This document shows, one piece after another, positions 11,699 to 24,442 of a DNA stretch of 64,000 nucleotides. Source of the DNA: Adineta vaga (Eukaryota > Animalia > Rotifera); contig CP075494.1 in assembly GCA_021613535.1 (NCBI GenBank), forward strand, positions 3,224,001 to 3,288,000, in the 5' to 3' direction. A program made the translations under genes and the position numbers. Position 1 is the stretch's first letter. Each line of letters opens with the position of its first letter. The notes under the pieces are model-generated. The model made no database searches. It saw only the letters and a program-made list of their open reading frames with translations, and was not told the origin of the DNA.

Positions 11699-13778
11699 TA
11701 GATATTTATTGAATATTTTCTTCCAAAAATGTACAATTCACAAACACAACATAACTAACAATCCTACATAATAAATTATTTATTAAACTATTTGTTAGAA
11801 CACGTCATAGAATTATGACAGCGCGAATTGCATAAAACTTGAGCTTGTTTACACTTGCACCGACTATTTGAGCAACCACCTTTACACGCACATTTTAATA
11901 CTCCTTGTCCACCTGTAATACTTTGAAGTTTAACGATTTCTCTCAAAGATATTTTAACGCCTTCATCGACGTTATCATTTAAAACAGTTGGTGTTCCAGG
12001 TGCTTTTGATATTTGATGAAAACTATAATAGCCATTAATAATACTTTGTTCTACTCCTAATTTGTATTTGTCACCTTTCATTTCAACAATAACAGCAAGT
12101 ATATTACGCGCATCAGTTGGTCCCCGATCAACATCCGGTACTGGAATCAACTGAAAGAAAAGAATTATTATTCACCGCATACTATTCCAATAAATATTAC
12201 TTACAACATTATCGCCCACATTTAGATCAACTAATTACTGTCGTTTCTGGCCTTGTCGAGCAGTTTCACGAATATCATTTGTTCTTTTAACTCTATTGTT
12301 AAGTAATTCATCAATTTTTTTCTTTCCTTGAGTAACATTTGATTGATCATTAACATTCGGTCCGTCAATTTTTTATTCATCAATATTTAATTCATCTGCT
12401 TCAATATCACTTTCACATGAATTCTCATCAATTTCATTTATTAATATACCTAATTCATTTGTCAATTCTTCTTTTGTTGTTATGTTATTAAAAATAGAGG
12501 GATTTAAAGATGTTGATAATAATCTTAATTTTGGTTCATTGCCAAATAAAACTGCATAAGGACTTCTATTTAATACTCGATGAAAACATGAATTTTTTTG
12601 AAATTGTATAAAGCGCAATCCTTCGGCCCATTTAATAGAGTTGTTTTCGCGAATCCAGGTTCCTAAACATACAGCAAGATATTAGAAATAACTCTGTTTG
12701 TTATGATATACCTAGTAATTGCTTTGATCGCTCCAAAGACCCTTGCAATTGTGAATGCCTAGGTTTCCTGTGGACAATTTTAAGATCTTTTCATATCATT
12801 CCTAATTCTTCGATAACTCTCGCCACGAACTCCCGCCCATTATCAGATTGTAATATTGCGGGTGCACCAAACGTAGTAAAAATATCTAAGAGATTATACG
12901 CGACTTCTGCTGCCGTTTTTGATTTAAGTGGTCGTAAAATACAAAATTTTGTAAAATGATCTTGATAATTTAATATAAATTTATATTATTTATCAGGAGA
13001 CGACTGCATATCGATTAAATCTACTTGACCACGTGAATTAAAATCATTTGAAATAATTGGACTTATAACTAATTTCGATGAATTTTTTGGTTTTGCGCGT
13101 TTAATTTTACATTCATCACATTCAGATATAAATAATGTAACTTGTTTTTCGGTAATATTAGCACATTTCTTTTTGATTTCTTTTAAAGTATATCTGATTC
13201 CACAGTGACCAATATTAGCATGCGCGATTCAGAGCTATGACGCAAGTATTTGTACTTGTACTTTCTGTACTTTTTCGAGTAAAAAGTACAAGTATTCATA
13301 GGAGTACTTATACTTTTTACTTGTACTTGAAAAAATTGTACTTAGTACTTGTACTTGTACTTGGTAAATAGTACTTCGTACTTGATTTTCAAATGCGAAA
13401 CAACATCCTGTATTTTAATTAAAGTGTCCTTTGGATTTATTGATATAATGCTAATACTCACGGTGATAGAACAATGATCATAATTTTCGGCTTGTCGTAA
13501 TCTTCGAATCGCTAACTCATCTAGATCTTATCGACTTTAACGCTGAATCCTATACGTTTTTCTTCATCTTAATTCACGTGTTATCTTAATTTTTTTAGTG
13601 TCAATATCTTAAAGCGAGCAGACATGATTGAGTATTAATCAGTTTGAGAGAATATACTTTTTGAAAACAATGAACATCGAAAAACAAAAACATATTAATA
13701 AAAAGATTCTATGATAAAAAAAGTCATTATAATAAAAAAAATAAGATAAAAAAAGTAGGAGACTCTTTCAATAGTCTC

Positions 13779-15961
13779 CTAAATCAAGTTCTTGTTCACA
13801 CGTAAAAATACTAAATTTCTAAAAACTTCTTCACGCATGGATGTTCGTCTTGGTGACATAATAATACCCGCTTGACTAAAGGCTCGTTCGATAGGTGCAG
13901 ATGATGCTTGTATCGTGAAAACTCGTTTAACTACATTTTTTAATGAAAACAGTTCAGAATTTTTCCAGTATGTTGAACACTTCATTCGTATTGGATCGTT
14001 TATATAAAAATCAATTTCATTCGTTGGATTGTTTGGAGAATCAAACGAAAAACTTTGATGATCATCATGATAGTCAAAAAGTTTACGTTTTTTAATAATT
14101 GAAGTTCCAATAGATTGTGTTGTATGACTATTACCAGAAGATGTCGATACCTGTGGTGATTGTGTGCGTTGTATATCATCCAATAATGTGTCGGTATGCC
14201 GTTCACATTCATCTAATATCATATGAACCAAAGTTTGTTTCATTTGTGATTCCAGTGTTGGCTTGTAATTCATCTGGCGTAACCAATAAAATTTAAATTC
14301 TGGATCTAGAACACTACAAACGAAATAGATTGGATCCGAAAAAGGATCAGTCGTTAAAACAGTTTGTTGTGATAAACGTTTTATAATACCAGCAAAGCGT
14401 TTGTTGAGGGATTCTTCTAGTTGCACACACATCTTTTTAAGAAATGAAACATGCGGTTTTACCATCTTGATATGCTCCATCATGTGCACCACTGACGGTA
14501 CCACGAGACTCGCAGTTACTACTGATTCAGATTGAATTCGAGATGTAATTTCGGCAAATGGCTGTAATATATCAATTGCCTCTTGTAATACAATAAAATC
14601 ATTTTGATTAAATCTAATTTCAGTATCATCGATCAAATTAGAAATTTCATCTATTGTTTTTTTCTCCAATGCAAGAATCGATTTAATGAGAAGATATTCT
14701 GAACTCCATCTTGTTACATTCGATCGATTTATCGATTTTCCAATATCATCAAGGAGATCAGCTATTTTAGAAGATTTATGAGATCGTCGAGCTAGTTTCA
14801 TACATTTTGTTAAAGATTTTGATAAATATAGAGTATTTCCAATCCATCACGTATAGCCAATTGAAGGGTGTGTGCGAAGCACGACAGTCTCACTGCAACT
14901 TCACTGTTATTGTCCGAATTAGTATCGGTTTCATACCACTCAATTAATCTCCATTCACTTGATAAACTACGATCATTATCATCACCAAAATTAATAGAAA
15001 TATCATCTTGTTCATTTTCGTCAGCCTCATTACTATAATCATTATCGTTCACATTTAAACCAAACTTGTATGCTTTCAATATAGAAGAAGCATTATCAGT
15101 GATGATTCGATAAACTTTGTGTTTGACCTATTAAAGAAAACTTTTTTGTCAATGTATGATTAAAATATTGAATTTTCAGAAGAAAATAGAAAAATCAAAC
15201 TCAATTATTTTTCTGTAAAAATTCGTATTTTCGTGTCATTAAATTGAAATATGCTGAAAAATCAGTTTTAAGATTTATAAAAATTAAGTGAATAATAATA
15301 AACATTGCCTACCTTCAAAATTTCGAGTATCTCCTCGGTAATATTGCGAATATTTTCACCAGTATGTGGTCCTTTTAAACGACGAAAATCAAGGAGAAGT
15401 GCTTGTGAAATATAATTTGAATCGAGAAAATGACCCGTAATTCCAATGAATGATTTTCCACGCCGATCTGACCATACATCAACAGTAATACTTAGATGAT
15501 TAATTTCATTTAGCAATTTGTTTATTGCATCTCGAGCAGTACTGGTTAATGAGGGAAGTAATGCATTAGTAAAATATTTTGAAGATGTATGTTTCCATTT
15601 GGATGGATGCGATCGTTTTCAAAAATTTCCGAAAAACAGTATTCTCAATAATTGCCGGTGGTAAATTGCACTTGACTATTAATTCTTCTAAAATAGATTG
15701 GTTAAGTTTTTTAGTATAATCTGATAAGTTTTCGGAAGACTCATTTGTATTTATGTCATTATTCAATAGAACCAAATCAGTGAACTTAGATTTTTCGTAT
15801 GGATTTGGATGTTTACGTTTCAGATGTTTATGAAAATTGCCGGTTGATCCAACTGTATCCGAGTAAACTTTTTCACAAAGTCTACATTGACCATGTATAG
15901 TTTTGTCATTGTTATTGTCGTTAGAACGATTAAACTCGAAAAATTCTTGCAAGAAATTCAT
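13779..15961 (-). pseudogene. hAT (ZBED-type) transposase with two frameshifts
   Basis: BED finger CRLC...STGNFHKHLKRKH, DVWSD, CFAHTLQL, TRWSS and hATC ASSAPIERAFS. Intron at about 15128-15312. A 4-bp duplication at about 15601 and a 1-bp deletion at about 14838. Confidence 0.88.
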
Positions 15962-16637
15962 GTGAAGAAGTAAAATTGGTTTGATGTAAAACGAAAGAGA
16001 GTGTGACTTCTAATTTATTCTTATGAAAAAGCTATGTATTTAAATACGATATGAAGACGAGAGAAGTTAGTCTACCTAGAAGTTTTCTTAACAAAAGATA
16101 GATATTATATATCCAAATGCATTTATTGAAAGATAGATAGCATATAGTCATCTGATAACACAATGTTTTTAGTTCAGTGAAAAGCAGTATGAAGTGCACT
16201 CGTCAATTAATATAATAAGAAGAAATCATCATAAGTGCATCAGTCGTTGGTGCATTTTACCTAGATGGACGTGTCATGCACATATAGAGGAAAAAAGAGA
16301 AAATAATGTTTTAATACGAATAAAAAATAAGTGATTTGGAAGAGATAGACATAAGTTCATCCTCTAGGACCTCGCTATATATTTAATATATCTTCACATA
16401 ATGTACTTTTCTATAGAGAGTTTTTCACGAACTATTAGATCTTTGTTTGTAAGTGTAGACAGAGTTTATTTTGATCTACCCAAACTACAAATTTTAACGA
16501 AGAAATCATCGCGAATATATATACCAAGTTAAGTGGATGATTTCATTAAAGAAAATACTTGGAAATATATGAAATCAAGGACCAGAAAGAGAATATCAGC
16601 GAGTATACCTAACAGAACGAAAGAAAATCAGATCTAA

Positions 16638-16641
<4 letters not shown>

Positions 16642-16670
<29 letters not shown>
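16642..16670. repeat. (AT)n microsatellite
   Basis: About 14 perfect AT units. Confidence 0.9.
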
Positions 16671-16672
<2 letters not shown>

Positions 16673-17104
16673 AAAGAAAGACCGAAAGAGAACGAAGAGA
16701 AGAGAAGAATGTATATAGTCTTCGTACGTGAAGATCATAACACGCACAAGCAATGATGATTTATCTTTGATAAAAAATCAACAACCTAAAATAATCACAT
16801 TCAACCATTACACATTACCTTCTAATAAGGTATAATATATAATTGAAGAATCTGCCATTAGTGTCTCTTCTTAAGATTGTGAGGTTAATTTTAGTAAAAT
16901 CTTTAGGCAAATTCCAAACGTAGCAGAGAAACAGTCTATCTTGAATTATACATCACGAATCTGAATTCGCATAGATGTGTTCTACTTCAATCAAATACTA
17001 TATAGTTGTAATATGAAATTAAACGAGTATAATCATCTCCAAGTTGTTTTTTCAATTTCGAAGAGATTCGAACAATGACAATATAATCATTGAAAATAAC
17101 TTCC

Positions 17105-17525
17105 GATGAATAAATGATGTATCTTAATAACTGGGGAAGATTTATTAACGATATTTATCATACTTTTTTTTGGGCAGATAAAGCTGAGATTCTCATTACA
17201 TTTATATACAATCAACATCTTTAGTTTCTCGCAGTTTCATCCCTTTAGCTAAAACTAGTGGTGAAATCCATCATTCACGTTGCAATACAAAGTTTTGTAT
17301 TCATTCTCTGCAAAGTTTTCACAACATTTGCGATAATGATCGATTTGTAACTAAAATCAATAGAGGCAGTTTTATCACTGATCTCGGCTAAGGAGCTAAA
17401 AGTTTCAAAAACTAAAAATTTGGATTAAATATAGGTGTATAACGATTTCAGCTTTATACGTCCAAAAACAGTGAAAAAAATTGATAAAAATTTGTCCCTA
17501 GTTGTAGTGACACATTATTTATATT
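17105..17525. mobile_element. Old degenerate fold-back MITE inside the hAT element
   Basis: 17105-17275 aligns with the reverse complement of 17355-17525 (for example ATAAAGCTGAGAT / ATTTCAGCTTTAT), with many mismatches. Confidence 0.5.
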
Positions 17526-19147
17526 CGTATATTAGAGCAGAAATCTTCGTTACAATATTTTGATAACTATTCTTTTTAATCAGATAACGCTATTCAATGA
17601 TCTTTAAAGATTCCTTAGTTACTCTGTTTAATTCACACAACTTGCTTTTGCAGAAGTAGAATGTAAATATCAAGTACTGCTAACCAAATACAAATACAAG
17701 TACCAAATAATTGTCGTCAAGTACAAGTACAAAGTACAATTTTGCCAAGTGCAAGTAAAGTACTTTTACTTGGAGTACTTGTACTCGTCATAGCTCTGGC
17801 GCGATTCTATTTACATCATAAACTTCGATAACAGGAACATAATATTTAATTGAAGTATCTTCCGATCCTTGGATTTTTTCAATCAATTTGTATTCATTAC
17901 CAAGACTAAGTACATCATACGTTTTTAATAAAGATATTTCCTGATCGTTTCTTCTAGAATTATCTTTCAATTTCGCATTATTAATTAATTCTATTGTTTC
18001 ATTATATCTTTCTGGTGTATAAACAGGATTATTTCATGACTCATTTGTCATTCCTAATATTTTTTTTATTAAATCATTTTTTAATTTCATATGATCATCA
18101 GCCGGTGTTAATATCAACGTTTCGCCACATGTTGTAGCAGATGAATCAATGATCATCTATATTAAGATCCTTTATTTATTTTTCAAAATAATTCCATTTA
18201 CTTACCTGTACAGGTGATACAACTGATGTGGATAACATTTCGTGAAAATATAATTACCAAGATTGATGATTTATGTCAAAAATAAACTCTCAAACAATAT
18301 TTTACTTCCTTTTACACTTGATACATGGATATTATTCAGTGTGATCCAATAATCTGATAATTATTTGTCTTATGTGTTCCTTCTTTTATCAATTAGGCTT
18401 ATGAGATATAGATTTATTTCGATCAAATACAATTAAATAACAGAAAAGTGAAAGGAAAAACAAAAAGAAATAAAAATTGAATAGATGTTTGCATTATTGA
18501 TACCTTTGTATATTGTATAAGAGCAATACTTTCAAAGTTGTTCATTTAAGTTCAAAAACTTGCAGATTCTTTAAAATAAATATTTTATTACTCGAAAATG
18601 TCTCGTACATTTTTGGAAGAAAATATTCAATAAATATCTATCTATCTCTATTAAATTAAAACTAGTTATTAATATTAGTCTCGAAAGAACATTGCTTTTT
18701 TATTCTTAATGTTTGCGAATCATTTACAATAACTTCGACACGACATATATATCTCTCAAAATCACATAGCAATTCTGGACATTATTCACTATCCTTCGTT
18801 CTTTACACATTTCTCACGAAAACTTCCATCTATTCACCCGAGTATGCCTTGCTTTATGCTGCGATATTTCCCTTCATTCTGCCATATTTTCAGATTCATC
18901 ATTCATATTAAAAAGAAGTGCGATAGAGTTGACGACAAGCTAAACTTTTTTAGTGTTTCTATATAATACTGATATAAAAAATATTGCTTCTATTGAGACA
19001 CAACAATAATCAGACGAGTGAAACGGGAACTACAGAATTAGATCAATGATATCGTCACTGCGTTTTCAGAGCGTCTCTTTCCAAATCCAAAAATATACAA
19101 TCTCATCGAAAAATATCTTTTCAAAGACTAAAATCAGGAGATCAGTC

Positions 19148-22100
19148 CTATTTTACAGACATCTTCCCATTAATATCTATTCCTTTTTTGACGTTTTCTA
19201 GAGCTTTTCGATGAACACCCATGTCGTCATACACTTTACCGATGTTGTGGTAGGTGGTGGCAAAGTCTGGATGATTGGAAAGCAGAGACTTCTGTTTAAT
19301 TTCGAGCGCCTGGTTATAGTTTCCCAGAGCTCTGAAATGCTCACCCATCTTGTAATACACTGAACCGATGTTGTTGTAACTAGTGGCTAAGTCTGGATGG
19401 CCAGAAGGAAGAGACTTCTGTTGAATTTCGAGCGCCTTGTTATAGTTTTCCAGAGCTCTCGAATGCTCACCCATGTTGTGATACACTAAACCTATGTTGT
19501 TGTAACTAGTGGCTAAGTCTGGATGGCCAGAAGGAAGAGACTTCTGTTGAATTTCGAGCGCCTTGTTATAGTTTTCCAGAGCTCTCAAATGCTCACCCAT
19601 CTTGTAATACACTAAACCTATGTTGTTGTAACTAGTGGCTAAGCTTGAATGGCCAGAGGGAAGAGACTTCTGTTGAATTTCGAGCGCCTTGTTATAGTTT
19701 TCCAGAGCTCTCGAATGCTCACCCATCTTAGAATACACTAAACCTATGTTGTTGTAACTAGTGGCTAAGCTTGAATGACCAGAAGGAAGAGACTTCTGTT
19801 GAATTTCGAGCGCCTTGTTATAGTTTTCCAGAGCTCTCGAATGCTCACCCATGTTGTGATACACTAAACCGATGTTGTTGTAACTAGTGGCTAAGCTTGA
19901 ATGGCCAGAGGGAAGAGACTTCTGTTTAATTTGGAGCGCCTTGTTGTAGTTTTCCAGAGCTCTGAAATGCTCACCCATCTTGTAATACACTGAACCGATG
20001 TTGTTGTAACTAGTGGCTAAGTCTGGATGGGCAGAAGGAAGAGACTTCTGTTCAATTTCGAGCGCCTTGTTATAGTTTTCCAGAGCTCTCAAATGCTCAC
20101 CCATCTTAGAATACACTGAACCGATGTTGTTGTAATTAGTGGCTAAGTCTGGATGGCCTGAAGGAAGAGACTTCTGTTCAATTTCGAGCGCCTTGTTATA
20201 GTTTTCCAGAGCTCTCGAATGCTCACCCATGTTGTGATACACTAAACCGATGTTGTTGTAACTAGTGGCTAAGTCTGGATGGGCAGAAGGAAGAGACTTC
20301 TGTTGAATTTCGAGCGCCTTGTTATAGTTTTCCAGAGCTCTCGAATGCTCACCCATCTTATAATACACTAAACCTATGTTGTTGTAACTAGTGGCTAAGC
20401 TTGAATGGCCAGAGGGAAGAGACTTCTGTTGAATTTCGAGCGCCTTGTTATAGTTGTCCAGAGCTCTGAAATGCTCACCCATCTTGTAATACACTGAACC
20501 GATGTTGTTGTAAATAGTGGCTAAATTTGGATGATCGGAAGGAAGAGACTTATGGTAAATCTTGAGTGATTTATGATAATTTTGAAGTGCATTGGAATAT
20601 TGTCTCATTTTATAGTATGTGACACCAATGTTACGGTAAGTGACAGCTAAGTCGGAGTAATGTAAGGAAATAGAGGTATTTTGACTTTGATATTTTTGGC
20701 GATAGTTGGTAGTGATAGTTGAGATGCGTTTTGTCTCCCCATAAACTATAAATATAGAGTCGAAATAAGTGATCAAAATTGGAGAAATAAAGGTGGAGTC
20801 TTTAGAAAATGCTTTTTTGATGGGTTTGTGTAGTGAAGAAGTATTCAGATATATGCTTATGTCGATCCAATGACATTATAATAATAGAGAACTTTCAGTT
20901 TCAGTCATTTCTGCTATAATGAGTAGATGAGTACTTTTTGGTTCGATTATTGATTAACAGGTTCATTATGTACGTTGAACGTTGTTTGACCTTGAATCGT
21001 GAAGATGGGGAGATAGTGTGGACGTGGAAGGCACAGTGGAAGATGTGTATTGGAATGTGTCTATTCAGTGAAATGCTAGTATGTGCTTTATTCGAGATAC
21101 CTACATTTGTTTTTACGCTGATTCTTAGTAAGAAATGATCTCTTCAAACTTGTTTCTCGTGAGTAGTGTGAGAAAAGATGGTTATTGTTAGCAATTTTCG
21201 AGATACTCTGGAGGGTGAATAAAGTTTCATTTTTCCTAATTGGTTGTAGTCACGAACCGCTAGGGGCCTGAATATATCAGTTAAACATGGGAAAAATGCG
21301 TAGGTCTAGGTTTTTTACAATACAATGTTTGATTTGGTGAAAACGGATGGGAAAAAATTCAATTGATCACAATGATACGCTTGTGATAGGATATGATCAA
21401 AGATATTATTTTCTTAGGACTAATCTTCAAACAATAATAAAATTCTGAACCAGAGATGCGGATTTTAATCTATTATTTTGGATTATTATAATCGGATTTC
21501 TTTCTCTACAAGAAACTCCTTACATAGTATTCAGTCTTCAACAAAACAACTATTTGAAAAACTTGTGAGCTATTTTAGAGTAATCTAAACGGTTAAATAC
21601 ACATCCTTAATTACCTTTCATACATGTGATTGTACGTTTTATCATCTACGAAATACGAGAAATATGTTTCCTTTCAAATCGTTTGTGTTTTTGCCAGCCT
21701 TTGGGGTTATTCGGATATTTATTCTTAGAAAGAAATTTAAGCATGTTCTTACCTTTGAGTATTGTAAATTTCTGCTCGGATTCATTTAAGTTCACAGAAT
21801 TTGCATGTTGACTTGTTTCCACTTCTTTTATTATTTCCATAAATCCAAGATTTTTTTCTTCCAATTGCCGAAATTTGATATTACACCAAAGAGAGAAAAA
21901 TAATAATTCTGCATTTATAATAAGACATAATAGAACGAATAGAAAAGAACATTTCTGCTTGAATATGCCTGTTGTTTTATTGTAACTATCATCATCTCGA
22001 TGAAGTCTCACTAAATTTAAGTTGATACAAAATCAGAATATCGAATGATTCTACTAGTTTACTTACATAATTGTGTATGATTCTGTCGAGAAGGCGGCAG

Positions 22101-22459
22101 AATTTTTGATAAACTATGGATTGATCGATTGAACTGATTCGTACGCTTTTGATACTCTAATCATAGAGACTGTTAACATTTTATCAAATAAGATTAATGA
22201 ATTTACCTCGTAAGAAGTTTGCAGCATCAGAACAATAAATCTCATCAAGTGCATTGATAAGATAACTGAGATCTTTATTATTAATTCTATCTTTATCAAT
22301 AAGAGATCCAATGAGATTGAGAGTTCCAGTAAGTGTTGGATGATCTTGAATTCTTCGTACAGCATCTTTACCAAGATAGAAATGAAGACGTTTTCGATCA
22401 TTATCAGTAAGACGATGTCGAAGATTGAGAAGAATAGAATGTAAACGACGATGGTCCAT
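19148..22459 (-). CDS. Probable multi-exon DED - transmembrane - coiled-coil/stalk - TPR-array protein
   Basis: Exon 22459-22207 is a death effector domain. Exons 22156-22067 and 22010-21753 splice in phase and encode the TM segment FLFVLLCLIINAELLFFSLW. The last exon (from about 20746) has 12 TPRs. The middle exons are not fully resolved. Confidence 0.65.
19280..20540 (-). repeat. Tandem array of ten near-identical 126-bp (42-aa) TPR units
   Basis: Unit S(G/A)H(PD/SS)LATSYNNIG(L/S)VY(YK/HN/SK)MGEH(S/L/F)RALENYNKALEI(Q/E/K)QKSLP. Confidence 0.95.
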
Positions 22460-23996
22460 GATTCGAACTAATCCTGCTGCTTGTTAAAGACTTGTATTTT
22501 TATATTAGAAGAGAATTTAATTTAGTAAAAGGTTATCGATTTCCCCACATCAGTTTCTATCTCCCATCAAGGAATTTCTTCTCAAATACCAAATTTATTG
22601 ATTAAAACGAGCAAAAGACCATAAAATAGCTGTATCTGTTATAAATGGCATTGAATTCTGATGAAATGTCATCTTAAATACGTGATAAATCACCTTCGAT
22701 TTTCAAATACAGAACAAATTCAATACGCTTCGAGTTAAAACATTTCTCTATTAGACCTCCTAGATCAGAGGTGCAGAATCTTCCTCATGTGTCCTCGCGC
22801 GGGGCGGGGGAATTTTTTGAAAAGTTACTGTAATGGGGAAAATTTTGGAAAAAAGTATTAGAATAGTAAATCTTGTTCTCCCCATAATTAACTATATGAT
22901 GTGAATCATTCTTTTGAGTTCGTTGCTTAACTTGTATACTCTATTCTTCATCTTGTCAAGGATATACACATTTGATTCTTTGGTTTTTTCCCCGTCTCAT
23001 ATTTACATCCATCTAAATATGCACGTGCACGTACACATACATAACTTCGTTATTCTAGTTACTATTCGTTTCTCGTTCTCTTTCTGCGTCTCTGATTTTC
23101 TTCTCTTCAGTGCCGTTGGTCTCATTAAATAAAATCAAACTCAAGTTTACGCACGAAACTGATAAGGAAAAAAAAGACAAACATTTTTTTAATGTTTTTT
23201 CCCACATGATGGACAGTTAATACCTATATTTCTAGTTACTCTCATTCTTATGTTTATTCTCCCAATGATTTCTGGTTTTCAGATTGATTGAGATGTTTCC
23301 TAGTAAAGAAATCGTTAGTTGTTTTTTGACTCAGAATGGACGGGTTGGAAAGATAAGCTGATTTCATTTTCACATTTTGATTTCGTATTATATTACATTC
23401 ATTTTATTTACTTCTATATTTTATTTACACTTCTTATCACACATATATTACATGTTACCGTGTTACACAAGGTATTTATATATAAAATGACATAGTGAGA
23501 AGGAGGAATGTCTAAAGTACCCATATTGCTGATAATGATTTGTTAAGAGATTGCATATATCTATTTTTGAAATACAATTGTTCTCCATAGCAATAGTATG
23601 ATAGTTGTTTGCATGTGGCAGCGTGCTTTTCGCTTTCTACTTCTAAATCAATCACCAAATCTCTATTTGCGTCGTAATTCAAATATAAACGTATAAAGAT
23701 TATATTTGAAATGAAATAGTGACGTTGAATCTTCAACGAAAAACTCAAATACTTTTTGTTGAACCTAATTAATATTATTTTGATTGTTTTCAACGATTAT
23801 TCAGTTTGAACTACCTGATAAGACCATTTAACATGATCGAAAACGTAATCGTAATCTGTTTGACTAATTCTCATCCACATTAAATAATTGTAAAATGATG
23901 ATCATTATATTATGTATAGATAAAAACAAGAGTTAGGATTGAAATAGAAATTCTTCACGCAGTATTTAGCATAATGATTGTTACAGGCATATACAC

Positions 23997-24043
23997 CAGG
24001 GCTCCGCGTGAAATGAGATAATCCCATCCCACGCGGAGCCCTG
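23997..24043. mobile_element. 47-bp hAT-type micro-MITE
   Basis: Perfect 14-bp TIR CAGGGCTCCGCGTG around a 19-bp spacer. The 8-bp flanks ATATACAC / ATGTACAC look like a TSD with one mismatch. Confidence 0.75.
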
Positions 24044-24442
24044 ATGTACACACACATGCCTTCACACACTATTCTCCATCTGTTTTTTCTTTATCACATG
24101 CGTAGTATTTAAGCAGATAATGCTATTAAAAACTTTATTTTGTTCTTTGAGTTTTTAATATTAAAAAAAGTAAGGTGAAAAACGAAATGACGTCATTTAA
24201 TTTTATTTCTAATGACAACAAAAAGAAATCTAAAAGATTGCGTATTATAAAAGGACAGAGACTAGTAAATGGAGAAATCGATAGATACAGAAAGAAAGAA
24301 CAGAAAGTATAGTGAATTAAACAGATTATCATTACACTATACACGTAAACTGTGCTGGGAGAAAGGTACATCTGATCGTATGATTGCTTCTTATTTTTAT
24401 CTAGATAGTGCGTACATTTAGAAATAAACAAGAGTTGTTTTA

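Larger units (their letters stand above)
13230..17798 (-). mobile_element. hAT DNA transposon (4569 bp)
   Basis: Perfect 13-bp TIR CAGAGCTATGACG. Perfect 8-bp TSD GCGCGATT at 13222-13229 and 17799-17806. TACTTG/CAAGTA subterminal repeats. Confidence 0.95.
11788..18210 (-). pseudogene. KRBA2/SCAND3-like rve integrase with H2C2 zinc finger and C-terminal Cys cluster, split by the hAT insertion
   Basis: VYDVNRIA|HANIGH...CDEC, NSRGQVDLIDM, QDHFTKFCILRPL, LQSDNGREF, PRHSQ.QGSLER and CACKGGCSNSRCKC...CNSRCH. Contains in-frame stops. Confidence 0.88.
10405..18745 (-). mobile_element. Ginger2/KRBA2-SCAND3-type integrase DNA transposon with about 140-bp TIRs and a TATA TSD, carrying nested insertions
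   Basis: Left end (c)GTCGTGTCGAAGTTA... and right end ...AACTTCGACACGACA, both flanked by TATA. The left TIR (10405-10532 plus 11699-11735) is the reverse complement of about 18603-18745. Confidence 0.82.

Noticed and set aside
19280-20540. CRISPR-like or satellite array
   Set aside because: The units are contiguous 126-bp in-frame coding repeats with no unique spacers.
22766-22860. GC-rich CAGAGGTG...GCGGGGCGGGGG patch as a hAT end or promoter element
   Set aside because: No partner TIR or TSD was found, so it cannot be classified.
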